Notes under the pieces: generated by a model | The model's database searches: none | What the model was told of the DNA's origin: nothing | What the model saw: the letters and a program-made list of their open reading frames with translations, nothing else | In this document: positions 1 through 8,918 of the stretch, one piece after another | Layout of the letters: the number at the start of each line of letters is the position of its first letter | Position numbering within the stretch: position 1 is the stretch's first letter | Origin: Candidatus Microgenomatus sp. | GTDB lineage: Bacteria; Patescibacteriota; Microgenomatia; UBA8517 | Length of the DNA: 64,000 bases | Direction: 5' to 3' | NCBI GenBank assembly: GCA_020724555.1 | Contig: DYGT01000004.1 | Coordinates: 9,564 to 73,563, forward strand | Made by a program: the position numbers and the translations under genes

Positions 1-1395
1 GCTAAGATAAAGCTGCTTGCGTGGCGGTAAAACCCAACTATTCATATAAACCAAATGGTCCTTGTAAATTTTTAGCTTTTCTTCGCCTTTGGGTTTTTCT
101 AAATCAACCAGCGCTTCAAGTGTAGGTTTTAGCGAAACCCTCCAATAATCACGGTCCCACTTTTCATCCCAATCACCAGCAAAAACATTAAAATACACAT
201 AATGATTGGGGTGGTAAGTTATCATCCACCTCAATTGAATAGAAAATGACAAAAATAAGGCTAATATAGAAACATAAAATAATTTACTTGAATACTTATA
301 TATTTCCTGGAGCAAAAAAGCGTAAAGCAGCATAAGGCTGGGGTAGATAAAGTAAACATGTCGCCAGTCTCCATAAAGAGTTGAATTAAATACAATAATC
401 GCAACATACGAGACAATAATTACAAATAAAGGAAAAATATTATAAGCTCTTTTATACTTTATAACCAAGATAATTGTGGTCAACAATCCCCCTAACCAAC
501 CTGCTAAATAATTAAGCGGTGATGATATCGCAATCCAAACAGGAATATAATAAAACGGCAATTCAGATCCTTTTATCAAATTTCCGTTAAAGATTATCCT
601 ACTATTCCAATCGTCATATTTACTAAACTTTATAAAAGCATTAAATATTCCAACTAGAGGTTGATACCAAAGAAGCGGCCAGATAATATGCAGCAACAAA
701 AGCACCAACACGCCGTAACGCAATATTAATAATAATTTTTTTCTTATATCTATCGGCTTAACAGCTGTCCACAAAACATAAAATACGGGAATAAGCACAC
801 CCATAACCCGAGTATTTATGGCAAGTGCTGTAAATATAGAAAAAGCAAAAAGTCGTCTCTTGCTGGGTTTTTTATCATAAGAAAACATTAAGTAAGTAGC
901 AATAACAAATAAAGATAAAAATAGCGTATCTTTTATGTTATAAAAAGAATGTGCATAAATTCTGGGGTACAGCAAATATAAAATCGATACAAAAACGCTT
1001 ATTTTATCTTTTATGCCAATTAAGCCTAGTAGTTTATAGAAGCAATAGGCTGATACTAAAAACAGAGCATGAAGATATAAGTGTACTAATCTCCAGTAAA
1101 ATAGTGTTTCATGTCCCATCTCATGGGGTAAATATTCCAGCAAAAATAATGGGTATTGAGCCGCAGTTCCATAGTATAGATTCTTAATATCAATTTGCTC
1201 GTCGTATTCGTATGCACTTCTTGGGGCGTAATCTGTAAGACCAAGGAGATCAAAATATAATCCTGCTTGAAAAATTCTTCTGTTACGTTGTCCTGCCTCA
1301 TCTACTGATAAGCCATAATCATCTACGCCAAAAACTCCAATTACCGCAAAAACAATTAAAGTAAATAAGAAAAAATGTTTTTTTATTAGTGTCAT
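1..1395 (-). CDS. GT-C fold membrane glycosyltransferase (ArnT/PMT-like), 3'-truncated by window edge; missing from the ORF track
   Basis: Translated by hand from ATG 1395, which overlaps the TGA of the upstream gene: MTLIKKHFFLFTLIVFAVIGVFGVDDYGLSVDEAGQ...LYPRIYAHSFYNIKD...WDRDYW. The segments checked, including the last 20 codons to position 1, are open. N-terminal TM followed by a DE acidic pair. Confidence 0.85.
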   Translation of the reverse strand, partial: MTLIKKHFFLFTLIVFAVIGVFGVDDYGLSVDEAGQRNRRIFQAGLYFDLLGLTDYAPRSAYEYDEQIDIKNLYYGTAAQYPLFLLEYLPHEMGHETLFYWRLVHLYLHALFLVSAYCFYKLLGLIGIKDKISVFVSILYLLYPRIYAHSFYNIKDTLFLSLFVIATYLMFSYDKKPSKRRLFAFSIFTALAINTRVMGVLIPVFYVLWTAVKPIDIRKKLLLILRYGVLVLLLLHIIWPLLWYQPLVGIFNAFIKFSKYDDWNSRIIFNGNLIKGSELPFYYIPVWIAISSPLNYLAGWLGGLLTTIILVIKYKRAYNIFPLFVIIVSYVAIIVFNSTLYGDWRHVYFIYPSLMLLYAFLLQEIYKYSSKLFYVSILALFLSFSIQLRWMITYHPNHYVYFNVFAGDWDEKWDRDYWRVSLKPTLEALVDLEKPKGEEKLKIYKDHLVYMNSWVLPPRKQLYLS

Positions 1396-3089
1396 TTATG
1401 CACCAATAACATCTGCCAGGGAAAGATAATTTTGTGTTTTTTGATTTTAAAGCCGTGGCCGGCAATTGCCTTAGCAAAAGACTTTTTATTCCAGGCATTT
1501 ACATGCTCAGGATGTCTGCCTAATCTTTTTACATACTTGCCTCGGAGTAAGCTTACGATACTAAAGCTAGGTTCCCAGGGAACAGTGATAATGATATTAT
1601 TTTTGCCAATTCGTTTAAGTTCATCTAAAGCTTTGCCATAAGCGGGGATATGTTCAAGAATTTCAAGGGCAATAACTAAATCAAACTCTTTGTCTTTAAA
1701 TGGCAATTTGGTGGCATCCGCCTGGATAAACTCAACTTTTGGTAACTGTTTTTTTGCATAAATTAGCGCGGATTTGCTTAAGTCCACTCCAACAGTTTTT
1801 TTAGGCTCATAAACGCTTAAGATATGCTTTAAATCAAACCCTTCACCGCACCCTACCGACACCAGGCTTTTAGGTTTAAGGTCTATAATCTCACGCGCAA
1901 CTGCATCCTGCAATCTTTTTATCAAAAAACGCTGCAGGGGGTTACTGGATGTATGTTTTTTAAGATTAGTGCTACTCTGTTTTTTTGCATGAATTTTTTC
2001 TATAAGCGTCAGGCTTTTTTTTCTACTTTCCTCCCAGCTAAAGAGCTTGCTCCACAAGACCGCATTTTTTGCTAAAGCTTTTAGCTTTTCCGGCTGCTTT
2101 AAAAGCTCAGAAATATCATGAGCCATGGCTTGTGGGGTGTTTTCGGGGACAATAACCCCAGTTTTTTTTGTAACCGAATCAACAAGCCCCGGGGATTTGT
2201 AAGCAACAACCGGTGTGCCCATGGCATTGGCCTCTATATTTACCAGCCCCCAGCCTTCTCGCACCGAGGGATTAATTAAAATGTGCGATTTTGCCAAAAG
2301 TTTGAATTTTTCTTCATTGGAAACAAACCCCCAATAAACAAGCCTTCCTTTAAACTCGCGTTCAGCGCGCTTCAGAAGCTGCAAATATTTGCCTTCACCC
2401 TTCCCAATTATCCAAAATTTATAATTTCCTTTATCTTTTAAAATGTTAAAAACCTCAAGCACATCAAAAATTCCTTTATCCGGAGTAATTGCTCCTAAAA
2501 AAGTAATCGTTGGAATTTTTTCTTTTGAAGGCATTTTTCTGGGCTTTTTGATAATGACTCCATGCGAAATGACATGAATGTTTCGCGCCTGTATTCCCAT
2601 TTTTAATAAATCTTTTTTAGCCGAATCTGAACCTGTGATAAATGGTACTTTTTTATAGAAAGTAAAAATAAAAGGCTCAATTATGTATCCAAGTGTTCCC
2701 ACAATTTGTCTCAAAACAGGCGGTAGAGGTTGCCTGAACCACAGGTCTTTGGCTACTTCTTGGATAACCGCGATCTTAGGTACACGAATGTAGAGTGGTG
2801 TAAAAAACGGTATAAAGTGAAATTGATCAACCACCAAGTCGTATTTCTCTTTTTTGAAAAACAAATACCAAAAAAAGGCAGATACATGAACACCAAGCAG
2901 CTGTCCGCCATGTCTTATTATACGAACGCCGTCTATGGTCTCCTTTTTTGCACCCTTAAAACTTGAAGAAAAAAGAGTCACTTTATGTCCGGCCTCAATC
3001 CATCCCTTCATATGCTCGTGCATGACTTGCTCGGCGCCGCCAGCCAAAGGGTGTTTCGGATCACGCCAGGAGAAACATAAAATATTCAT
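1392..3089 (-). CDS. GT4 glycosyltransferase fused to C-terminal class I SAM-dependent methyltransferase
   Basis: GT4 motifs (WRD..HPLAGGAE, EGWGLVNIEANAMGTPVV), then an MTase domain (VSVGCGEG, GVDLS, ADATKLPF, FDLVIALEILEH). Confidence 0.9.
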   Translation of the reverse strand: MNILCFSWRDPKHPLAGGAEQVMHEHMKGWIEAGHKVTLFSSSFKGAKKETIDGVRIIRHGGQLLGVHVSAFFWYLFFKKEKYDLVVDQFHFIPFFTPLYIRVPKIAVIQEVAKDLWFRQPLPPVLRQIVGTLGYIIEPFIFTFYKKVPFITGSDSAKKDLLKMGIQARNIHVISHGVIIKKPRKMPSKEKIPTITFLGAITPDKGIFDVLEVFNILKDKGNYKFWIIGKGEGKYLQLLKRAEREFKGRLVYWGFVSNEEKFKLLAKSHILINPSVREGWGLVNIEANAMGTPVVAYKSPGLVDSVTKKTGVIVPENTPQAMAHDISELLKQPEKLKALAKNAVLWSKLFSWEESRKKSLTLIEKIHAKKQSSTNLKKHTSSNPLQRFLIKRLQDAVAREIIDLKPKSLVSVGCGEGFDLKHILSVYEPKKTVGVDLSKSALIYAKKQLPKVEFIQADATKLPFKDKEFDLVIALEILEHIPAYGKALDELKRIGKNNIIITVPWEPSFSIVSLLRGKYVKRLGRHPEHVNAWNKKSFAKAIAGHGFKIKKHKIIFPWQMLLVHK

Positions 3090-3862
3090 GGGTTAAAAGT
3101 AAGCCAATTTTTTTTATTTTTTTCATCGTAATAATGTTTAATTCTTAGCCTATAAAATACAGCCAATGTATCCCAAAGCATTTTATAAACGGTTTTCCAG
3201 GAAATGGCGCTTGTGGCTTTATTAAAAGTGACTTCAATAGGGGCTTCATAAATCCGGTCAAAACCCAAGTATTTCGCAACCGCCAGCATTTCTATGTCCA
3301 TCGCATAGTCTTTTACCAAAAGCCTGGGCAAAATCGCATCAACCACTTCTCGTTTAAATATTTTTATCCCGCTTTGGGTATCGCTTAAGGGTAAACTAAA
3401 AAAAATACGTATCAGTAAATGGTACCCCATACTGTACAGTTTTCTTTTAAAAGGGTAATTCACGCGCGAAACGGGGTGCCTTTTGGACCCGACAACGATA
3501 TCGGCCTTATACCACTCCATATGAGCCATCAGCATCATAATGCCTTTAGGGCTTATGTCCATGCCCGCATCTAAAAACGAAATTAGCTCACCCTTTGCGT
3601 ATTTCATCCCTGTCCGCACCGCATACCCTTTACCATGATTGTCGCCGTAGCTTTTAACTTTGAGTTTTTTTGATCTTACTTTTTTTGCTTCAGTTTCGGT
3701 TTTATCCAGCTGCCCGTCAACCACACAAATAATTTCATAGTCATAAATAGCAGGTAAACCTTCGTCTAAAACAGATATAATATTTTCCAAATCCCGTTTT
3801 ATGGTTTTTTCCTGTTTGTAAGCAGGTACTACTATGGAAATAATTTGTTTATCTTTTGCCAT
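3086..3862 (-). CDS. GT2 polyprenol/dolichol-phosphate glycosyltransferase (DPM/DPG synthase-like)
   Basis: ISIVVPAY, N.GKGYAV, FLDAG, VVGSKR, DTQSGIK, DIE motifs. Confidence 0.85.
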   Translation of the reverse strand: MAKDKQIISIVVPAYKQEKTIKRDLENIISVLDEGLPAIYDYEIICVVDGQLDKTETEAKKVRSKKLKVKSYGDNHGKGYAVRTGMKYAKGELISFLDAGMDISPKGIMMLMAHMEWYKADIVVGSKRHPVSRVNYPFKRKLYSMGYHLLIRIFFSLPLSDTQSGIKIFKREVVDAILPRLLVKDYAMDIEMLAVAKYLGFDRIYEAPIEVTFNKATSAISWKTVYKMLWDTLAVFYRLRIKHYYDEKNKKNWLTFNP

Positions 3863-5093
3863 TTTTAAAATACGTAAAACTCATTAAGTATAATACTTGC
3901 CCGACAAACAAAACGAGCATTGCAATAAGCGACACTTGAATAACCTGAAGCAAGCTTTGGTGCCACAAAAAAATCCCACTAATCTGAAAAATTAAAATTA
4001 AGGCCGGCAATATCACCGATTTAGTCTTCCCTATTGATAGCATAAAATTCGCCAAATAATAGTCCAGAGTATAAAACGACAAAAATAGGCCCATCCAAAA
4101 GAGCTCGCTTGCGGCGGATAAATATTCCTCGCCGTACAAAAGACCTATAGCTATATCGGGTAAAAAATAGTATGTACCCACAACAAAAATAGATAAAAGC
4201 GCCGTTGCCGTGAATGTTAAATAAAACACTTGTTTAAAAGATTCTCCTTTTGCTTTTTTTCCCGAAACCAAAGGAAACATAACCATGCTGACAGGGCTTG
4301 CCGCAAAAAATATTATTTTACCCAAAGTAGAAAGGGCGGCATAAAGGCCCGCGTCATGCGGAGGAAAAAAATGTTTTACCAATATTAAATCCAGTGAAAA
4401 GAAGGCCGTAAACGCAAGGGCTTGCACAAGGGCTGGTGCAGAAAAATTTAAAAAATCTTTTAAGTCCCGGCCCGATTTTGGTTCTACAACTTCCTGTTTT
4501 ATATATATACGCGAAAACAAATAAGTAAGAGCCGTTGCCAAGGCAAGGCCTCCGATTGCACCAAAAGCGGCAAAACCAGCCAAAACCAATAATACTCCGA
4601 TTATGAGTTTACCCAAGGATGCAACTAAATTTATATTTACATATGCCCCGAAACGAAGAATTCCCTGCATTATGGATTGGTTGAGCATGGTGTTTAAACT
4701 GAAATATAAAATAGGGGCCAGTAAAACAACTATCCAAAAATTGCCAAGGTGCAAAAAATTATTAATAACGGGACTCAATAAAACAAGAATTATTGACATA
4801 TAAATTGCCAGATTGTTTATAATCTTTTTTAGACTTCCGTATAACAGCGCCAATTCCTTTTTGTCCTTACTCTCGGAGGAAAACTTAACTATGCCCACAC
4901 CCGCCGATTGAGGTACGATTGCAATCAAATAATAAAGAGAAAACATACTGGCAAGAACAGCATACTCACTTGGGCCTAAAATACGCCCCATTATTAAGTG
5001 GTAAAAATAGTTAATAACATTTATGGCGGTGCTGCCTGCAACCATTATCAAGCTGCCTGCGATTGTTTTGTTATTTTTCAGTTTTTCCTTCAT
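3849..5093 (-). CDS. wzx: Wzx/MOP-family oligosaccharide flippase
   Basis: About 12 hydrophobic segments; RILGPSEY, DLILVK, AGLYAA, LLYGEEY motifs. Confidence 0.85.
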   Translation of the reverse strand: MKEKLKNNKTIAGSLIMVAGSTAINVINYFYHLIMGRILGPSEYAVLASMFSLYYLIAIVPQSAGVGIVKFSSESKDKKELALLYGSLKKIINNLAIYMSIILVLLSPVINNFLHLGNFWIVVLLAPILYFSLNTMLNQSIMQGILRFGAYVNINLVASLGKLIIGVLLVLAGFAAFGAIGGLALATALTYLFSRIYIKQEVVEPKSGRDLKDFLNFSAPALVQALAFTAFFSLDLILVKHFFPPHDAGLYAALSTLGKIIFFAASPVSMVMFPLVSGKKAKGESFKQVFYLTFTATALLSIFVVGTYYFLPDIAIGLLYGEEYLSAASELFWMGLFLSFYTLDYYLANFMLSIGKTKSVILPALILIFQISGIFLWHQSLLQVIQVSLIAMLVLFVGQVLYLMSFTYFKNGKR

Positions 5094-6214
5094 GATATCC
5101 AGTAGCCGCGCGAAAACATGGACGTAGCCAAAATTAAACTTCCTAATGATACGCCGGCCAATACATACTTTACAATTTTTGGCAATCTGTTGGCAATATT
5201 TGCCATTAAGATAAATCCGGGAAACAAAACCAGAACGTATCTTGGAAGAGACGAAAAACTACCGGACAGTGTGGGCACTAAAAACCCCAAAAAAAGGTAA
5301 ATCCAATAACTAAGCCTTAATTTAAAATAGCCAAAAACCACTAAAATTAAAAATAAGACAGCAGTAAAAAGCTCTAGAAATGTTGTAAAAATTACAGGCC
5401 AATAAAAACTAAGCGCGGGAATAATTTTAAATAGATAGCGGTAAAATACCTGCGGCAGCATTACAAAACTCGCTGAGCGCTGGTTGCCATAAATCTCTAC
5501 TTTATGGATAAAAACCAGTGGATCACCGGTTTCCGAATATAAATACCAAAGATAAACTAGTAACCCCAATGCCATGACAAGGAGATATCCAAATAAACTG
5601 ACAGCTCTTTTGATATTAAAACTGTGCTTATACTGCACTAGCCATTCCACGGCAATTGAAACAATAAGCACTACGCCAATAACACGTGTGGCCGCGGCAG
5701 CCGAGACCAATAAGCTGGCAATCAAAAATTTATTTTTCCTTGCAAAGTAAAATGACCAGACGACAAACAGCAAAAACAAACTTTCTGTATAAACCGCAGC
5801 AAAATAAAATGAAGTTGGAAAAATTAAAAGTATGGTCAAAACAAAAAGAGGGTTATGGCCATCCAATTTCAATAGCTTATGTAAACCCCATACAGCCAAA
5901 AATAAACTGATGTGGGAAATAAAAATTCCGCTGATTAAATAACCCGCCAAATCAGTAGCCCAAAAACTAAAATACCTTATAAACAAGGGGTAGACCGGAA
6001 AGAAAAAATGCCGAAGCGGCCTGTAGCCTTCTTTAGCAATTGCCAAATAATGCTCTCCGTCAAAATTTGCATGCCACCAAAATTGAGGGTTATCTTGATA
6101 GTAAGTCACACCACCACCTAAAAAATTATTTTGTAAAACCAAAAAAGTTCCAAAATATACGGCAATTATTAATAAAAGTCTCCAGCCGATAATCATTAAT
6201 ATACTTTTATTCAT
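5090..6214 (-). CDS. PIG-V/Mannosyl_trans2-like GT-C mannosyltransferase
   Basis: WHANFDGEHY, FFFPVYP, FPTSFYF..YTESLF, TR..G, S.PRY motifs. Confidence 0.8.
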   Translation of the reverse strand: MNKSILMIIGWRLLLIIAVYFGTFLVLQNNFLGGGVTYYQDNPQFWWHANFDGEHYLAIAKEGYRPLRHFFFPVYPLFIRYFSFWATDLAGYLISGIFISHISLFLAVWGLHKLLKLDGHNPLFVLTILLIFPTSFYFAAVYTESLFLLFVVWSFYFARKNKFLIASLLVSAAAATRVIGVVLIVSIAVEWLVQYKHSFNIKRAVSLFGYLLVMALGLLVYLWYLYSETGDPLVFIHKVEIYGNQRSASFVMLPQVFYRYLFKIIPALSFYWPVIFTTFLELFTAVLFLILVVFGYFKLRLSYWIYLFLGFLVPTLSGSFSSLPRYVLVLFPGFILMANIANRLPKIVKYVLAGVSLGSLILATSMFSRGYWIS

Positions 6215-7284
6215 TGAAGCGCTTTTTTATAAACTTTTATAGTTTCTAGTGCTGTTTTGTCCCAACTAAAATTTTTCAGTCGTTTTGATCCTTCCCTTAT
6301 CATGCTTTCTCTTAGACCTTGGTCATTTAAAAGGCTTTCAATTTTATTTATTAAATCGTCAATGTCTAAAGGTTTAAAATAAACGGCTCCTTTTTCCAAA
6401 ACCTCAACCATAGCTTGGGTTTGGGAAGCCACAACCGGGACATCACAAGCCAAAGCCTGAAGCGGAGGCAGCCCGAACCCTTCATAAAGCGAAGGTTGGC
6501 AATAGATACTCGCCAGATTATATATACCGACCAAGTCCGCGTTTTCCACAAATCCCAAAGTACTAACATGCTTTGATTCAAATAATTTTGCTAAGCTTTG
6601 GTAATGGGCAAGCTCCGGATGGGTTTGGCCTGATAAGCTACGAACGACATCTCTTATTCCTTTTCCCTTAAAATTCGCAATTGCATGATTAATATTCCCT
6701 GCACTTTTCCCTACAATAACAAGATGGGTCTTATTTTTTATACATGCGCGCGTTAATAATTCTATATTTTTGTTGTAATTAATGTCCCCCACATATAGCA
6801 CAAATTTATCGGGTAAATTATATTTATCTTTTATGGCCTTTAGTTTTTCTTTATCACCCACTTTTTTGTAAATCGGGTCGAAAGCCAAATATATAGGCAC
6901 TATTTTATCTTCCGGTACGTCAAGAAAACGGATTATATCTTTCTTGCTGGTTTCTGAATCTGTAATAACAAACTTAACTTTTTTAAGAGAATTTATTTGC
7001 TTTTTTAAATTTATCTTGCCTCTGATTCCCGGTTTATAATGCTTTGGGTATAAAAGCGGGATGACGTCGTGTATGGTAACTACAACTGGTTTTGAAAAAT
7101 TATCAGGAAGTGTATGAAAAAACAAATCAAAATAGGTATAATGAAGGACATCAAAAGAACCGTCCTCAACTAAGGTGACACTTTGGGTATTTTTTAAAGC
7201 TTCACAAAGTAGCCGCGTATATTCCCCGATACCACGTACCGCATGCCCACCCATCAAAGGGGTGTTGTCTATTTTAATTTTCAT
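6211..7284 (-). CDS. GT4 glycosyltransferase (MtfB/mannosyltransferase-like)
   Basis: RGIGEY, TIHDVIP, SETSKKD, KN, YEGFGLPPLQA, FSWDKTA motifs. Confidence 0.9.
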   Translation of the reverse strand: MKIKIDNTPLMGGHAVRGIGEYTRLLCEALKNTQSVTLVEDGSFDVLHYTYFDLFFHTLPDNFSKPVVVTIHDVIPLLYPKHYKPGIRGKINLKKQINSLKKVKFVITDSETSKKDIIRFLDVPEDKIVPIYLAFDPIYKKVGDKEKLKAIKDKYNLPDKFVLYVGDINYNKNIELLTRACIKNKTHLVIVGKSAGNINHAIANFKGKGIRDVVRSLSGQTHPELAHYQSLAKLFESKHVSTLGFVENADLVGIYNLASIYCQPSLYEGFGLPPLQALACDVPVVASQTQAMVEVLEKGAVYFKPLDIDDLINKIESLLNDQGLRESMIREGSKRLKNFSWDKTALETIKVYKKALQ

Positions 7285-8034
7285 TTACAAAAGATTATAT
7301 CCTCCGTCTACAACTAAAAGTTCTCCGGTTATGGCGTCTGCTTCACTGGAAGCTAAAAACAAAAAAGCGTTTGCTATATCTTGTGGCTCTACCAAACGGC
7401 GAAGATAGCTATCCTCTAGCGCTTTATTGCGCGTTTCCTCGTCCCACACTGCACTTATGTCTGTATTAGCCGGACCGGGCGCAATGCCGTTAACTTTTAT
7501 AGTTGGAGCCAATTCTTTGGCCAGTGTAGTTGTAAAGTTGTAAAGTGCCGCTTTTGAGGCACTATAAGCGATGTTGCCCTGTCTGCCCGCATGATAAAGC
7601 GAGCGTACCGAGCAGGTATTCAAAATCTTGCCCCCTCCACGCTCAAGCATTATCCGTGCCGCTTCCTGTGCACACAAAAATGGGCCATAAAGGTTTGTTT
7701 TCATGGTTTCATCCCAGTCTGAAACAGTAAGTTCAAAAAAAGGCTTAGGCCTATCAATGCCTGCATTATTAACCAATACATCAAGCCCGCCAAATTCACC
7801 TACTGTTCGCTCAAACATGGCTTTTATCTCCTGGGGAACAGAAACATCGGCTTGGACTAAAATAGCCTGACCACCTGAATTTTTAATGGCAGAAACCACT
7901 TCTTCTCCCTCACTCACGTTTGCTCGGCAATTTACTACTACCTTGGCGCCTTCTCTGGCAAAGGTAAGAGCGGTAGCGCGGCCGATTCCCCGGGAAGACC
8001 CGGTTATGACTGCGATTTTTCCTTCAAGGCGCAT
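7285..8034 (-). CDS. Classical SDR oxidoreductase (FabG-like fold)
   Basis: TGSSRGIG, NNAG, YSASK (YxxxK), VNGIAPG, ITGE.L.VDGG motifs. Confidence 0.92.
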   Translation of the reverse strand: MRLEGKIAVITGSSRGIGRATALTFAREGAKVVVNCRANVSEGEEVVSAIKNSGGQAILVQADVSVPQEIKAMFERTVGEFGGLDVLVNNAGIDRPKPFFELTVSDWDETMKTNLYGPFLCAQEAARIMLERGGGKILNTCSVRSLYHAGRQGNIAYSASKAALYNFTTTLAKELAPTIKVNGIAPGPANTDISAVWDEETRNKALEDSYLRRLVEPQDIANAFLFLASSEADAITGELLVVDGGYNLL

Positions 8035-8051
8035 AATTCATTTTAAACACT

Positions 8052-8915
8052 TTAGCCCTCATTAATCCAGTGCTTATAAAAAGCCAGAGGGTAATGGAAC
8101 GAGGAAAAGACACACCAGACAAAGCCGCGAAGCCCGTCTTTATATCCGCGGTGGCGAAAATACATCTTTACAAATGTCAGTCCTGGTTTTAAAAACGTAT
8201 AGCTAAGTAAATTTTTATAATTTTTGCCTACACCACTGGCTGAAATATCTTTTGCGTGCTCCGAAGTATAGCGGTTTAGACGCATTAGGTAACGCCTGAG
8301 AGTGGGAGATTCGAAGTGCTCAAGATCGCTAAACAGCCAGGCAACCTTTCCCTTAACAACCATTTGTTCGTGCACATTTTTGGCAGGCAAATAAGCTTTA
8401 TTTTTTTTGACCAACCTGATGACTGCATCCGGGTATACTCCCCCGTGAATTAAAGGCTTTCCCAGAAAATAATTTTTACGGGGAATAAAAAAACCGGCGA
8501 CATCTCCTTTTCCAGCGGTCATACCACCACGACGCCTCAGTGCATTCTCATGGCGCTTAAACAACTTCCATTTGTTTTTATCATCAGGCCGACGACTTAT
8601 AATTTCTTTATCTACTAAATTTATAACCTCAACAATCTCCCGGGACAAATCCGGGCTCACCCGCTCATCGGCATCAAGTTGCAAAATCCAGTCACCACGG
8701 GCTTTTTCAATCGCCAATTGTTTACTTTCATGAAAATTGTTTATGTGCTTATTTTTAAACACTTTTGCACCCATCATCCTGGCAATTTCAGGGGTTTTGT
8801 CTGTGGAATATTCATCAACCACAATTATTTCATCGGCTATGCCACGCACAGATAAAAGGCAATCTTTGATGTTTGCTTCTTCGTTTTTTGTTGCCAGTAC
8901 AACGCTTAGTTTCAT
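8052..8915 (-). CDS. GT2 glycosyltransferase (beta-1,4-glucosyltransferase WaaE/LgtF-like)
   Basis: KNEE.NI, VVDEYSTD, LQLDADE, YPD..RL, VHE, NRYT motifs. Confidence 0.85.
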   Translation of the reverse strand: MKLSVVLATKNEEANIKDCLLSVRGIADEIIVVDEYSTDKTPEIARMMGAKVFKNKHINNFHESKQLAIEKARGDWILQLDADERVSPDLSREIVEVINLVDKEIISRRPDDKNKWKLFKRHENALRRRGGMTAGKGDVAGFFIPRKNYFLGKPLIHGGVYPDAVIRLVKKNKAYLPAKNVHEQMVVKGKVAWLFSDLEHFESPTLRRYLMRLNRYTSEHAKDISASGVGKNYKNLLSYTFLKPGLTFVKMYFRHRGYKDGLRGFVWCVFSSFHYPLAFYKHWINEG

Positions 8916-8918
8916 AAT

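Noticed and set aside
7285-8034. Calling the SDR fabG
   Set aside because: Generic SDR motifs only; no fatty-acid synthesis context.
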